NCBI GenBank assembly: GCA_029238665.1
Contig: JAQWFQ010000014.1
Location: 207,339 to 271,338, forward strand
Length of the DNA: 64,000 nucleotides
Direction: 5' to 3'
Source of the DNA: Crocinitomicaceae bacterium
Lineage (GTDB): Bacteria > Bacteroidota > Bacteroidia > Flavobacteriales_D > Crocinitomicaceae
Shown: one piece after another, positions 49,966 to 59,968 of the stretch
How the letters are laid out: the number at the start of each line of letters is the position of its first letter
How positions within the stretch are numbered: the stretch's first letter is position 1
Notes under the pieces: generated by a model
Databases searched by the model: none
Seen by the model: the letters and a program-made list of their open reading frames with translations, nothing else
Told to the model about the DNA's origin: nothing
Program-made: the position numbers and the translations under genes

Positions 49966-50918
49966 TTAAAGCTCTATTCTATATCTTAATATTGGGTTGT
50001 TTTTTTAATTCATCCGCTCAACCATTGAAATCAACCATTTCTCAATCAGAGGTGTTGATTGGTCAGCCTATTACCATTACTTACCAGACAACACTTCACG
50101 AAAATGACTCCATTTCCTTTACTCCTAAACAAAGCATAATTAAAGCACGGCTAGTTACAGATCCAAGTGAATCAACCGCTACTGAAATTGATTTAGAGTT
50201 ACTTAAACCATTTCAAGACACCTCTATTATTAAGACAGATTCACTCAAATGGATTGGAGAGTACCAAATTATGACTTGGGATAGTGGCATTTTTATTATT
50301 CCAGGACAACATTTCACAATCAACGGTTCAACACACACCTTCCCAGACCTTACAATTGCCTCTTATTTAACCAATCCAATTGAAGGGATTGACATTTATG
50401 ACATCAAAGAAAGCTATGCCGAACTCCCTCCCCCTTCATTTTCTCCAACGCAATTCATTAAAGCAAATTGGTGGTGGCTATTGATTCTCTTATTTTTGGT
50501 CATTGTATTCTTAACATTTAGAAGATCTAAAAAAGACATTCAAAAAGAAGATAAATCAATTTCAGTATCACTTAAAGACAGAACACTCGCAGCTATTGAT
50601 ACGTTAGAATCATTAAACCTGTGGGAGAAGGAACAATTGAAAGAGCATTTTATTGAGCTCTCTTATATCTTAAGATCATACCTAACAGCTAGGTACAGAA
50701 TCACGCTTCTTGAAAAAACAACCTATGAAACACGAATCATTTTAACTGAAAAAGGACTTAAGCCAGAAACCATAGACCTGATTGTTAGAATCCTCTCACA
50801 ATCAGACATGGTAAAGTTTGCAAAGTCCAATCCCAATACGGCCGTAGTACAAAATATACTAACCCTTGCCAGGAAAATAATTATAGAAACAAGCCCCACA
50901 GAAAGTAATCTTGCTTAA
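49962..50918 (+). CDS. Membrane protein in the DUF4381 position of Bat operons
   Basis: 318 aa. The GTG start overlaps the DUF58 stop. It has a signal peptide, a central TM WWWLLILLFLVIVFLTF and a C-terminal helical region. The call rests partly on operon position. Confidence 0.55.
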   Translation: MIKALFYILILGCFFNSSAQPLKSTISQSEVLIGQPITITYQTTLHENDSISFTPKQSIIKARLVTDPSESTATEIDLELLKPFQDTSIIKTDSLKWIGEYQIMTWDSGIFIIPGQHFTINGSTHTFPDLTIASYLTNPIEGIDIYDIKESYAELPPPSFSPTQFIKANWWWLLILLFLVIVFLTFRRSKKDIQKEDKSISVSLKDRTLAAIDTLESLNLWEKEQLKEHFIELSYILRSYLTARYRITLLEKTTYETRIILTEKGLKPETIDLIVRILSQSDMVKFAKSNPNTAVVQNILTLARKIIIETSPTESNLA

Positions 50919-51942
50919 GCATTGGAACATACGATTTTGGGAATATGAATTCTTTTCTCCTCATTGGCTCTGGTTAATGTTACTAATTCCCTTTGCGCTA
51001 TTTATAGTGTTTTATTTTGAAAAAAATAGACCTGGAGACATCAATTTTTCGGGCTCAACTTTCCATCAAGAAAGCATTGGATCTTCTTGGATTTCACGGT
51101 TAAGAATAGGAATTATATTGCTTTATGGAATCATTGGTGTTCTAATCATATTTGCAATGGCCAAACCTTTTCAATGGTCACAATATGATAACTTTGATGA
51201 ACGCTATAAAAATGGAATTGACATCATCCTAGCAATGGATGTTTCACTCTCCATGCTAACACGCGACTTTGAACCAAATAGACTAGAGGCCTCAAAAGAA
51301 GTTGCGCAAGAGTTTATTAATGGAAGAGCTGGCGACCGCATTGGGCTTGTGGTATACGCCGGAGAAGCTTACACAGCTTGTCCAGCAACATTGGACTATA
51401 CTGTTTTAAAACAACACATCAGTAAAATTAGTGGGGAACGAATAGAAGGAGGAACTGCAATAGGAACAGGCCTAGGGACAGCTGTAGCACGATTAAGAAA
51501 CGATAGTATTGCTTCCAAAGTAATAATCCTGTTAACGGACGGAAGTAATAATTCTGGAGAATTATCACCAGAAATGGCTGCAGAACTTGCCCGATCTAAA
51601 AACATTCGGGTCTATACCATTGGAGTAGGGAAAGTTGGAAATGCGCCATCTCCTGTAATGACTCCTTTTGGGATGCGATATCAAACCATGCCCGTAGAAA
51701 TTGATGAAGCCACACTAAAGAAGATAGCCCATATAACAAACGGGAACTATTTTAGAGCTACCGATATGGAATCTCTAAAATCTATTTATGCAGAAATTGA
51801 TGCCTTAGAAAAACGCAAAATAAACGATGAATCCTTTAAGAATACTCCTCCGTCTAATCCTCAAGCATTCTTAAACTGGGCAATTTTATTCGCTTTTATT
51901 ACCTGGGGATCAAACTACCTTATCTTTAGAATTGGTGAGTAA
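50911..51942 (+). CDS. batA: VWA-domain membrane protein BatA
   Basis: 343 aa. The TTG start overlaps the previous gene by 8 nt. N-terminal TMs, MIDAS LAMDVSLSM and LLTDGSNN, and a C-terminal TM. Confidence 0.82.
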   Translation: MLKHWNIRFWEYEFFSPHWLWLMLLIPFALFIVFYFEKNRPGDINFSGSTFHQESIGSSWISRLRIGIILLYGIIGVLIIFAMAKPFQWSQYDNFDERYKNGIDIILAMDVSLSMLTRDFEPNRLEASKEVAQEFINGRAGDRIGLVVYAGEAYTACPATLDYTVLKQHISKISGERIEGGTAIGTGLGTAVARLRNDSIASKVIILLTDGSNNSGELSPEMAAELARSKNIRVYTIGVGKVGNAPSPVMTPFGMRYQTMPVEIDEATLKKIAHITNGNYFRATDMESLKSIYAEIDALEKRKINDESFKNTPPSNPQAFLNWAILFAFITWGSNYLIFRIGE

Positions 51943-53098
51943 TATCAGATACACATACCGCATAAAATCAATCCTTAGCTGGATTATACTTTGGGAGATT
52001 GTTTTTTGGGGGATTTACTTTGGAGTCGTATCATTATTTGCCAGTTCAGGGAAACTGTCAGAGGACAATGGACTAATCTACAAATCTCCTGAATCGCTGT
52101 ATTTGTTAATCGGAATCATTCCAATTATTGGAACTTATATTTATCGAATTTTTAAACATAATAACACGGTTAAACACATTCATATTCGTGTGATGAAATC
52201 CGTATTACAACCCGTGTCTTCATTTAGCAGTTTTATACGCTATATTTTTTTCCGAAACGCTTTTGCACTACTAATCATTGCGGTTTCTCTTCCGATTTTT
52301 GGAACTAAAAAAGTTTCCGGAACATCAGAAACACTCGAATTGGTTGTTGCTTTAGATATTTCAAATTCGATGAATACACACGACATCTCAAAAAAAATAT
52401 CGCGCCTAGAGATTGCAAAACGCGCACTTGTTCAGCTGGTTAACAACTTACATGGAGAAAAAATTGGACTATGCCTATTTGCTCACAATGCTTTTGTTCA
52501 ACTTCCCATAACGCGAGATTATTCAGCGGCAAAACTCTTTATAAAAGAAATAGAAAGTGGTATGATTAGCCACCAAGGAACCAATATTGATCAAGCCTTA
52601 ATTGTTTCCAACAGCATGTTTTCAAAAGAGAAAACAACAAAGGGAATTATTCTCGTTACTGACGGTGAAAATCATGAAGAAAGCCCGGACCAAATCCTAT
52701 CAGAAATAAAAAATAGCACGATTCAACTAAGTGTTTTAGGAATTGGCACAGTACACGGAGGACTTATACCGAAACATCCTTATCGTCCCGAATTGGGATA
52801 TAAAACAGACGCCACCGGCAAGAGTGTTTTATCAAAACTAAACAAACCTTTCCTCCAAGGCATTGCAAAAAAAGGCGGCGGAAAAGCATCTGTAAGCTCA
52901 AGTGAATTCCCGAATCTTTCTGCTTTATTAACACAAATAAATCAAATGAAGCGAACAAAAATTGATACTTTAGAGTTTGAAACAAAACAAGAACGCTATC
53001 AATTCCCATTGCTACTCTCTTTGGTGTTTTGGATAGCTTACATTACATGGTCAAAACGTTATCTTGGGCTGTTAGATAATCTAGTAAAAAAGAAATGA
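51932..53098 (+). CDS. batB: VWA-domain membrane protein BatB
   Basis: 388 aa. The TTG start overlaps batA by 11 nt. MIDAS VALDISNSM and LVTDGENH. Confidence 0.8.
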   Translation: MVSNIRYTYRIKSILSWIILWEIVFWGIYFGVVSLFASSGKLSEDNGLIYKSPESLYLLIGIIPIIGTYIYRIFKHNNTVKHIHIRVMKSVLQPVSSFSSFIRYIFFRNAFALLIIAVSLPIFGTKKVSGTSETLELVVALDISNSMNTHDISKKISRLEIAKRALVQLVNNLHGEKIGLCLFAHNAFVQLPITRDYSAAKLFIKEIESGMISHQGTNIDQALIVSNSMFSKEKTTKGIILVTDGENHEESPDQILSEIKNSTIQLSVLGIGTVHGGLIPKHPYRPELGYKTDATGKSVLSKLNKPFLQGIAKKGGGKASVSSSEFPNLSALLTQINQMKRTKIDTLEFETKQERYQFPLLLSLVFWIAYITWSKRYLGLLDNLVKKK

Positions 53099-53724
53099 CG
53101 CGCACACTCAACATAGTATTTATATTGATGATTGGCTCATCCTTTGGGCAAGAATGGAGAGATTCTATCACAATTGCTAGAGAATCATATGCAAACAAGG
53201 ACTACCTAAATGCATTCAACTCCTATACGTCTATCCAAAAAAAAACACCTAATCATATTCGTTTAAACAATGAATTAGCCCAGTCAGCCTACAAAGCCGG
53301 AAACTTTGAAATATCGGAAGAACTCTACCAGAAAAATACAACTGCCGAAGAGTCTAGTGTAGACAGAGCATCAAACGTATACAACATCGGCAATACTCGA
53401 ATGAAACGCAACGATTACAAGGGAGCTATTGAGGCCTATAAAAACGCCTTACGTATTAACCCTGATGATGCGAAAACGAGGTATAACCTTTCGGCGGCAA
53501 TTAGACAATTAAATAAAAACGAAAAAAAGGATCATAGCCAACAGGAAAAGAACAACAACCAGGAGAATAAACAGAATACACCTGAAGATTCTCCTAAAAA
53601 AATGCCCTCTAAAACAGCAGACAAGATACTTGACAAGCTCATGAAAGAAGAGGCTGAAACAAAGCAAAAACTACGCAATAGACAAGGAACAAACCGTTCA
53701 TCGAAATCAGAAAAAGACTGGTAA
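53095..53724 (+). CDS. batC: TPR-repeat protein BatC with a Lys/Glu/Asn-rich tail
   Basis: 209 aa. ATGA overlap with batB. TPR strings YNIGNTRMKRNDYKGAIEAYKNALRINPDDAKTRYNL. Confidence 0.72.
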   Translation: MTRTLNIVFILMIGSSFGQEWRDSITIARESYANKDYLNAFNSYTSIQKKTPNHIRLNNELAQSAYKAGNFEISEELYQKNTTAEESSVDRASNVYNIGNTRMKRNDYKGAIEAYKNALRINPDDAKTRYNLSAAIRQLNKNEKKDHSQQEKNNNQENKQNTPEDSPKKMPSKTADKILDKLMKEEAETKQKLRNRQGTNRSSKSEKDW

Positions 53725-53727
53725 ACA

Positions 53728-55440
53728 ATGTACAAATTACTCACCATATTAATTGTTATACTAGGCTATACTGTTTTAGGACAGTCTCAAAAAGTTGTAT
53801 TATCTATCGACCCTGAGCGTGCAGATGTCGGTGAAACTTTTACAATAACTGTAAAGTCATACGTTCAAGGAGATTTAGAAGTCGATAATAAGCCCAGTTC
53901 TTTTGTTCCAGGGTATGACATCATGAATGGTATGGAGCAAGAAATTAATCCAAGTACAGGGAAAGTTAAGACCTTCTACTATTTGTCTCAAACGGGCTCA
54001 ATAGGCGAACCCGGAAAATACACCATTGGACCAGCATTTATAAAACAAGGGAATAAAGTCTATCAATCGAACACCGTTGACCTTACCATTGAAGAAAAAA
54101 CTCAGATGACTGAACACAAAGCTACATCTGCACAAATTAATGCGGGTGTTTTTGGCGTTATTCAGACAAACAAAAACGTAATTTACGAAGGTGAACCTGT
54201 TCTTATTTCAGCAAAAATTTACTCACACTTTGAACCTACTCATTTATCAAATTATAAAAGCTACTCCATAAAAGGGACTAATAAACAAGCTGTAAAGAAT
54301 TCACAACGCATTATTATTACTCGTGAAAAATTCAATCAATCCAAGCTCTATGCATTTGAATACGATAAGAACATCGTCTTCCCCTCAGGAATCGGTGAGT
54401 TCAACATCTCGAACTATACCTTAGATTTACACCGTGGATATGATGGTTATTCTATAAGATCAAATCAAGCAGTTGTGAAAGTTCTTCCGCTACCAGGGGC
54501 TCCTCCTACAGATTTTATCGATGGAGTTGGGGAATTTAGTTTGACACGCACTATTGAAGCTCAGAAGATGAAACAGGGAGATGTTTTTAAAATGAATATT
54601 CTTGTTGAAGGTATAGGAAATTTACAAAACATAACTGCTCCTGAACCTATACTGCCTGAAGGGCTTGTTGTTTACGGAGACCCTATAATTAAAGAAAACT
54701 ACTCCTATAACACACATGGAGCAGAAGGAAGTGTTTCCTATGAATATAACATTCAAGTAGCTACCTCCGGAGATATAAAGCTACCTGCAGTCACCATTTC
54801 TTATTTTGACCCATCGAATAAAAAATACATTCAATCAAAATCACACGTAGAGAATATCCATGTAAAGGGTGATGAATCATATGCTGCTCAAAACATTCCA
54901 CAAATTCAAACATTGAAATCAAGTACAATTGAAGAGCTACCTTACTCGAGTGCACGACGAGAGCCTGCGGTTGTTAAAAAGGAAAGGGTCGTTTTTGGGA
55001 CACCTCTTTTTTTTACAGGAATAGGTCTACCACTATTTACCGCGTTCATCTTTATTTTGATACGCAGAAAAAAAGAATCTACTGTTGACCAAGCAACACA
55101 AAACGAGCGTGTAAAACAAAAAATTACGGCCCTAAAAACAAGTCTATCACGCATTGAATTAGCAATTCATCAAAATGATGATGATGTCTTTTTTATGGGG
55201 ATTGAAAACAGCCTAATCAAAGCATTTGAGATTAAACTTGATACGAACGATGAGCACATTCTAAACAAAATAGAAATTTACGATCATTTATCGACTTTAA
55301 ACAAGACGGTATTACTTGGTCGTATAAGACACCTTTTTACCACTGCAGATCAGTTTAGGTATGGAGTCCCTTCATCAACTGAATCCAAGCAAAAACTGTA
55401 CAGTCAACTAAAAGACATTTTAATAGAAATAAACGCGTGA
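53728..55440 (+). CDS. batD: BatD-like (oxygen-tolerance) protein
   Basis: 570 aa. Signal peptide, repeated beta-rich modules and a single TM (LFFTGIGLPLFTAFIFILI) near the C-terminal third. The position in the operon fits BatD. Confidence 0.7.
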   Translation: MYKLLTILIVILGYTVLGQSQKVVLSIDPERADVGETFTITVKSYVQGDLEVDNKPSSFVPGYDIMNGMEQEINPSTGKVKTFYYLSQTGSIGEPGKYTIGPAFIKQGNKVYQSNTVDLTIEEKTQMTEHKATSAQINAGVFGVIQTNKNVIYEGEPVLISAKIYSHFEPTHLSNYKSYSIKGTNKQAVKNSQRIIITREKFNQSKLYAFEYDKNIVFPSGIGEFNISNYTLDLHRGYDGYSIRSNQAVVKVLPLPGAPPTDFIDGVGEFSLTRTIEAQKMKQGDVFKMNILVEGIGNLQNITAPEPILPEGLVVYGDPIIKENYSYNTHGAEGSVSYEYNIQVATSGDIKLPAVTISYFDPSNKKYIQSKSHVENIHVKGDESYAAQNIPQIQTLKSSTIEELPYSSARREPAVVKKERVVFGTPLFFTGIGLPLFTAFIFILIRRKKESTVDQATQNERVKQKITALKTSLSRIELAIHQNDDDVFFMGIENSLIKAFEIKLDTNDEHILNKIEIYDHLSTLNKTVLLGRIRHLFTTADQFRYGVPSSTESKQKLYSQLKDILIEINA

Positions 55441-56171
55441 AAAATCTATTGTTCTATATAGCATTCATTTTTCTGTGCAGTATTTTTGTGCAACCGACAT
55501 TTGCCAGTGAAAAAAAATCATCCAAACAAGCACTTAGTGACCTTGAAAAAATAGTCAGTAACGAACCGAATAATACTTCAGCATACTACAACTTAGGGTT
55601 AACATACCTAGAATCTAATTCTTTTGGTAAAGCAATTTGGGCTTTTGAAAAAGTACTCAACCGCATTCCAAATGATTCTGAAACAATTGATCAAATTGAA
55701 TATGCTTACCGCGAATTAAATAATGACTTGAACTACACCCCGCGTCTTAATGCCTTTACCTCTGGACTATATAGCATAAGCTCTAACAGATGGTCAATTG
55801 TTGCCATCATTAGTAGTGTTTTAATCTCAATTTGTATTGTTTTATACAAACTTAACGACGCCGATCAATTCAGGAAATTTATACTTGTTGTGTGTTTCTT
55901 AATCACTCTCCTTTTTAGCTCAAGCATTTTGCTTGCAGCTTTTACAAAAGAATATCAAACAGAAGTTAACTTTGGTGTGGCAATCAAGAAAAATGTTCAA
56001 ACTTATGATATTGATTCACTAATTACTCCTAAGGTACTCTTAGAGGGTGAACGGGTGAAACTTCTTAAAGAAACTATCTCCAAACCTCCACACCTTACTA
56101 ATTTCATTCGGGTAGAATCAATGGATAAAGAGATCGTATTTGTCCGCTTAGAAGACATCGCGTTTATTTAA
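55437..56171 (+). CDS. batE: BatE-like TPR / TM / SH3-like protein
   Basis: 244 aa with a GTG start in a GTGA overlap. TPR string AYYNLGLTYLESNSFGKAIWAFEKVL, two TMs and a short beta-rich C-terminus. Confidence 0.6.
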   Translation: MKNLLFYIAFIFLCSIFVQPTFASEKKSSKQALSDLEKIVSNEPNNTSAYYNLGLTYLESNSFGKAIWAFEKVLNRIPNDSETIDQIEYAYRELNNDLNYTPRLNAFTSGLYSISSNRWSIVAIISSVLISICIVLYKLNDADQFRKFILVVCFLITLLFSSSILLAAFTKEYQTEVNFGVAIKKNVQTYDIDSLITPKVLLEGERVKLLKETISKPPHLTNFIRVESMDKEIVFVRLEDIAFI

Positions 56172-56193
56172 ACACTTTTAAAAAGAATAACCC

Positions 56194-56201
56194 TACATTT
56201 G
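56194..56201 (+). promoter_or_regulatory. -7 promoter box upstream of rlmN
   Basis: TACATTTG, then 8 nt before ATG 56210. Confidence 0.4.
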
Positions 56202-56209
56202 CATTTAGA

Positions 56210-57298
56210 ATGCAACGTAAAAAGAACATACGGACTTTAACCTTAGATGAGATTAAATCTATCCTTCAGGAAATGGAAGAAAAACCTTTTCGTGGGAAAC
56301 AGATTTTTGAATGGCTCTGGCAAAAAGATGCTGTAACATTCGAAGACATGACAAATCTATCAAAGTCACTTCGAGAAAAACTAGAAGCCACTTTTTTTAT
56401 TGATCATATTGAATTAGAGGACCAGCAAATTAGCTCAGATAAAACCATTAAATGTGCCTTCAAAATTGACGAGGGAAAAGTTGTTGAAGGTGTTTTAATT
56501 CCAACATCATCTAGAACTACAGCGTGTATTTCATCTCAAGTAGGGTGTAGTCTGGCATGTAAATTTTGTGCTACAGGTAAATTAAAATTAATGAGAAACC
56601 TGACCCCTGGTGAAATGGTTGATCAAGTTGTTTATCTAAAAAATCAAGCTGAAAATAGGTACAATACTCCCCTTAGTAATATTGTATATATGGGAATGGG
56701 TGAACCCCTACTCAATTACAAGAACATGTTGCGATCGACAGAGTTAATCTGCTCTCCAGAAGGCTTAGGTATGTCTCCAAAACGAATAACTGTTTCTACA
56801 GCAGGGATTGCAAAAATGATTAAACAACTGGGAGATGATGATGTTAAGTTCAACTTAGCACTTTCGCTTCATGCAGCAAATGATAAAAAGAGAAGTCACA
56901 TTATGGATATTAATGATTCTAATAACTTAGAATCATTAAAAGAAGCATTGGAGTATTTCCATGAAAAAACAGGATCTCGAGTAACATTTGAATACATCAT
57001 ATTTAAAGATTTCAATGACACTTTAGAAGATGCGCAGGAATTGGCAGCGTTTGCTAAATGTGTACCTTGTAAGGTCAACATCATTGAATACAACCCCATT
57101 GACGATGGTGAGTTTCAACAAGCTGACAGAGCCAAAGTAGATGCTTTTGCAAATTACCTAGAAAAGAAAAATATGATTATTCATATTAGAAGAAGTCGAG
57201 GGAAAGATATTGATGCGGCCTGTGGACAATTAGCAAACAAGAACAAAGCAATTCCAAAAGCAGATCGTAAGCTGAAAAAAGTCAATAACATTTTGTAG
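56210..57298 (+). CDS. rlmN: 23S rRNA/tRNA (adenine-C2)-methyltransferase, radical SAM
   Basis: 362 aa. Has FRGKQIFEWLW and radical-SAM CSLACKFCATG. Confidence 0.93.
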   Translation: MQRKKNIRTLTLDEIKSILQEMEEKPFRGKQIFEWLWQKDAVTFEDMTNLSKSLREKLEATFFIDHIELEDQQISSDKTIKCAFKIDEGKVVEGVLIPTSSRTTACISSQVGCSLACKFCATGKLKLMRNLTPGEMVDQVVYLKNQAENRYNTPLSNIVYMGMGEPLLNYKNMLRSTELICSPEGLGMSPKRITVSTAGIAKMIKQLGDDDVKFNLALSLHAANDKKRSHIMDINDSNNLESLKEALEYFHEKTGSRVTFEYIIFKDFNDTLEDAQELAAFAKCVPCKVNIIEYNPIDDGEFQQADRAKVDAFANYLEKKNMIIHIRRSRGKDIDAACGQLANKNKAIPKADRKLKKVNNIL

Positions 57299-57384
57299 AT
57301 TTACGATTAACTAAAAAAAATACGCCCATGCAACCTTATTAATGCGACGGGAGTCTTTATAATGAACTATTCAATCAAAACACA

Positions 57385-57837
57385 ATGAAAACACAATTGA
57401 TTAATCGATTATTGCTAGTTTTTGTACTGTTTGCTAGCATTTCAACTTATGCGCAAAACACGACACCTGCAGAGGAATTAACTCCAGAATGGTCTTTGGT
57501 TAGCCAAAAAGATGGCGTAAACATATACCTGCGGAAAGATTTTTGTAAAGTAGGCCCTCAAGTCAAATTATTACCCTACATTTTTTACAAGTTTGAAAAC
57601 ACAACAACTGTTGCGAAAACTATTTATTTCACAGCCGGACTAAAGTACGATCAAGAATGTATTGGATGTAACGGTGAAGATGAAAGTAAAAAAGCAGTTA
57701 ATGTTCCTGCTAACAGTTTCGTTTCGTGTGACTGTACCTTTAAAAATGGAACATTATCGTCATTAATTACAAACCCTAATTATCCAGACACGAGAACGTT
57801 TGAGTCTGTTCAATTATTAGATATTAAAATCGACTAA
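57385..57837 (+). CDS. Small exported Cys-containing hypothetical protein
   Basis: 150 aa. Signal peptide LLLVFVLFASISTYAQ and six Cys. It ends 2 nt before the T9SS cargo gene. Confidence 0.5.
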   Translation: MKTQLINRLLLVFVLFASISTYAQNTTPAEELTPEWSLVSQKDGVNIYLRKDFCKVGPQVKLLPYIFYKFENTTTVAKTIYFTAGLKYDQECIGCNGEDESKKAVNVPANSFVSCDCTFKNGTLSSLITNPNYPDTRTFESVQLLDIKID

Positions 57838-57839
57838 TC

Positions 57840-59795
57840 ATGAAGTTTGCCTTACTAACACTATTAATGTTTTTTACCATTAGCCAGTCTGCTTTTGGTC
57901 AAACATGCTACGTAGCAGTTAGCCCTGAAGACACGTTAATTTGCCCAGGAGCACCTGTACAAATTACTGCCATTGCTAATTTAATTCCCAATGGACAATC
58001 ATTTAACTTTAACGGTGGCGCCTTACCTTCTGGATGGATTGCTGTCGGAGGAAATACATTTAGCACACCTTGTGCGCCCAGTCTAACAGGAGACCCTTAC
58101 TATTGGGCTTCTACAGCAAGCGCAGGAACATACCCAGGTATTACAACTGCCGCATTTGATGTAAGTTGTGGAGGTGCTATTATTTTTGATATGCTATATG
58201 CAATTCAATCGAGTAACATGCCATGCGAAGGACCTGATTTAGCTAACGAAGGGGTTGAACTTCAATACAGTACTACTGGAGGTGCTCCTTGGATTCCTAT
58301 TGTTTATTACAGTCCTGGCGGATATGAATTGCCTTCAAACCCGAACACATCTGCAACTGTAGCAACAACAGCAGGTACTCCTTATACAACATGGAATACC
58401 TTTACAGTTCCAATTCCTGCTGCGGCAATGACAACATCAACGATGTTTAGATGGACTCAATCAGAAAATTCAGGTACATGTTGCGATAACTGGGGACTAG
58501 AAAACATCATTATTAACTCCAGTGGTACACCGTGTGGATCAGCAACCGTAAACTGGAGTAATGGATTAACCGATACAAATACGTTTATTGTTAACCCCAT
58601 GGTTAATGACACGTTAATCGCTTCTGTATACGATTCATTAGGTGTTTATCAATGTGAATCTATTCCAATCATTATCACTGTTCACCCTGATGACATGACG
58701 TATAATTTAATTGATACTATTTTTGCTTCATGCCCGAACGATTCATTACCTGCAGAGGTGTTAAATATTCAGGGGGGAACAATGCCTTATTCTTTTAACT
58801 GGTCTACTGGAGGAAGTAACTCTATGGAAATGCTTTCAACAGGTCCAAATCAACAAGGAACAATCAATTATTCTGTCGATATTTCTGATGATTGTGGATA
58901 TATTCATCCTGAAACAGTTGTGATGGTAACGAATCAAACACTATCTATTGACAGTGTGTTTTCTTACCCTACCAGTGCATGTGATACAAATGGAGCGGCA
59001 GTAGCATATCCTATATCTGGTATCACTGACGATCTTAATCAGCCTTTCTTTAATTGGTCTGGTCCAGGACAGGGTGGTTCAATCAGTTATGATGGAACAT
59101 CAACATTACCTATATTATCTTCTGGATGGTACTACTTTACTGTAACAGATGATGTTTGTACTGCTACTGATAGTGTTTATGTCGGAATGAACAACCCACC
59201 TATTGCAAACTTTAGCGCTTCAGCAACATCGGGCTGTAGTCCTGTAAATGTGACATTCACAAACAACAGTGAAAATACAACGAACTATTACTGGGATTTT
59301 AACAATGGTAATGCGTATAACGTGTCTGATTTAGACAATCAATACCAAACATTTACCAACACGTCTACTGTAATGCTTATCGCTTCTACAGATCCAAACT
59401 GTGCTGATACAACTTACGTAACGGTTAATGTTGCACCATGTGGGTGTACAGATCCAAATGCAACAAACTACAATCCGAATGCAACACAAGACGATGGAAG
59501 TTGTGTATTCCCAATACCAACAGCATCTGCCCCTAATGTTATCACTCCAAATGGAGATGGTGTTAATGATGTCTTTGAATTAACTGTAACTAACTCTACA
59601 GAAATTGAATTAATCATATTAAACAGATGGGGTAACGTAGTATACAAATCTGTTGAAGCGAATCCTGTATGGGATGGAAAAACTCCAAATGGTACAGATG
59701 CTAACGGAGGTACTTACTTTTTTCGATACACGATTTTTGCTGCAACTGAAGATTTGAATATCGAAGGGCAAGGGTTCTTAGAGTTGATTCGATAA
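57840..59795 (+). CDS. Secreted multidomain protein with a PKD domain and a T9SS type B C-terminal sorting domain
   Basis: 651 aa with a signal peptide. PKD block PPIANFSASATSGCSPVNVTFTNNSENTTNYYWDFNNG. C-terminus PNVITPNGDGVNDVFEL...LNRWGNVVYKS...WDGKTPNGTDANGGTYFFRY. Confidence 0.85.
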   Translation: MKFALLTLLMFFTISQSAFGQTCYVAVSPEDTLICPGAPVQITAIANLIPNGQSFNFNGGALPSGWIAVGGNTFSTPCAPSLTGDPYYWASTASAGTYPGITTAAFDVSCGGAIIFDMLYAIQSSNMPCEGPDLANEGVELQYSTTGGAPWIPIVYYSPGGYELPSNPNTSATVATTAGTPYTTWNTFTVPIPAAAMTTSTMFRWTQSENSGTCCDNWGLENIIINSSGTPCGSATVNWSNGLTDTNTFIVNPMVNDTLIASVYDSLGVYQCESIPIIITVHPDDMTYNLIDTIFASCPNDSLPAEVLNIQGGTMPYSFNWSTGGSNSMEMLSTGPNQQGTINYSVDISDDCGYIHPETVVMVTNQTLSIDSVFSYPTSACDTNGAAVAYPISGITDDLNQPFFNWSGPGQGGSISYDGTSTLPILSSGWYYFTVTDDVCTATDSVYVGMNNPPIANFSASATSGCSPVNVTFTNNSENTTNYYWDFNNGNAYNVSDLDNQYQTFTNTSTVMLIASTDPNCADTTYVTVNVAPCGCTDPNATNYNPNATQDDGSCVFPIPTASAPNVITPNGDGVNDVFELTVTNSTEIELIILNRWGNVVYKSVEANPVWDGKTPNGTDANGGTYFFRYTIFAATEDLNIEGQGFLELIR

Positions 59796-59817
59796 TAAAA
59801 ACAAACTATATTAAAAA

Positions 59818-59849
59818 GGTGCTTGCCATTGGTGAGCACCTTTTTTTTT
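59818..59849 (+). terminator. Rho-independent terminator after the T9SS cargo gene
   Basis: GGTGCTTGCC-ATT-GGTGAGCACC stem (10 bp including two G-U pairs), followed by T9. An upstream A5 tract makes it potentially bidirectional. Confidence 0.8.
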
Positions 59850-59955
59850 ATGTTTCAACTTTTTAAGTTAGAGCTACAATACTCCGACACAAATTCCTTA
59901 AACAAAGTGTTTAAAATTGAATTACATTTTTAATGCAATTAGGCCGCATTCCTAT

Positions 59956-59963
59956 TATATTTG
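59956..59963 (+). promoter_or_regulatory. -7 promoter box immediately upstream of the polyprenyl synthase start
   Basis: TATATTTG, then 5 nt before ATG 59969. It lies inside the ORF-track N-terminal extension (59933). Confidence 0.45.
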
Positions 59964-59968
59964 TGGTA

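Noticed and set aside
59933-59968. N-terminal extensions in the ORF track for the polyprenyl synthase (59933), purK (45014), gap (11567), uvrA (37627) and the zinc-ribbon gene (47974).
   Set aside because: Downstream ATGs give family-typical N-termini. For purK and the polyprenyl synthase, a perfect -7 promoter box lies inside the supposed extension.
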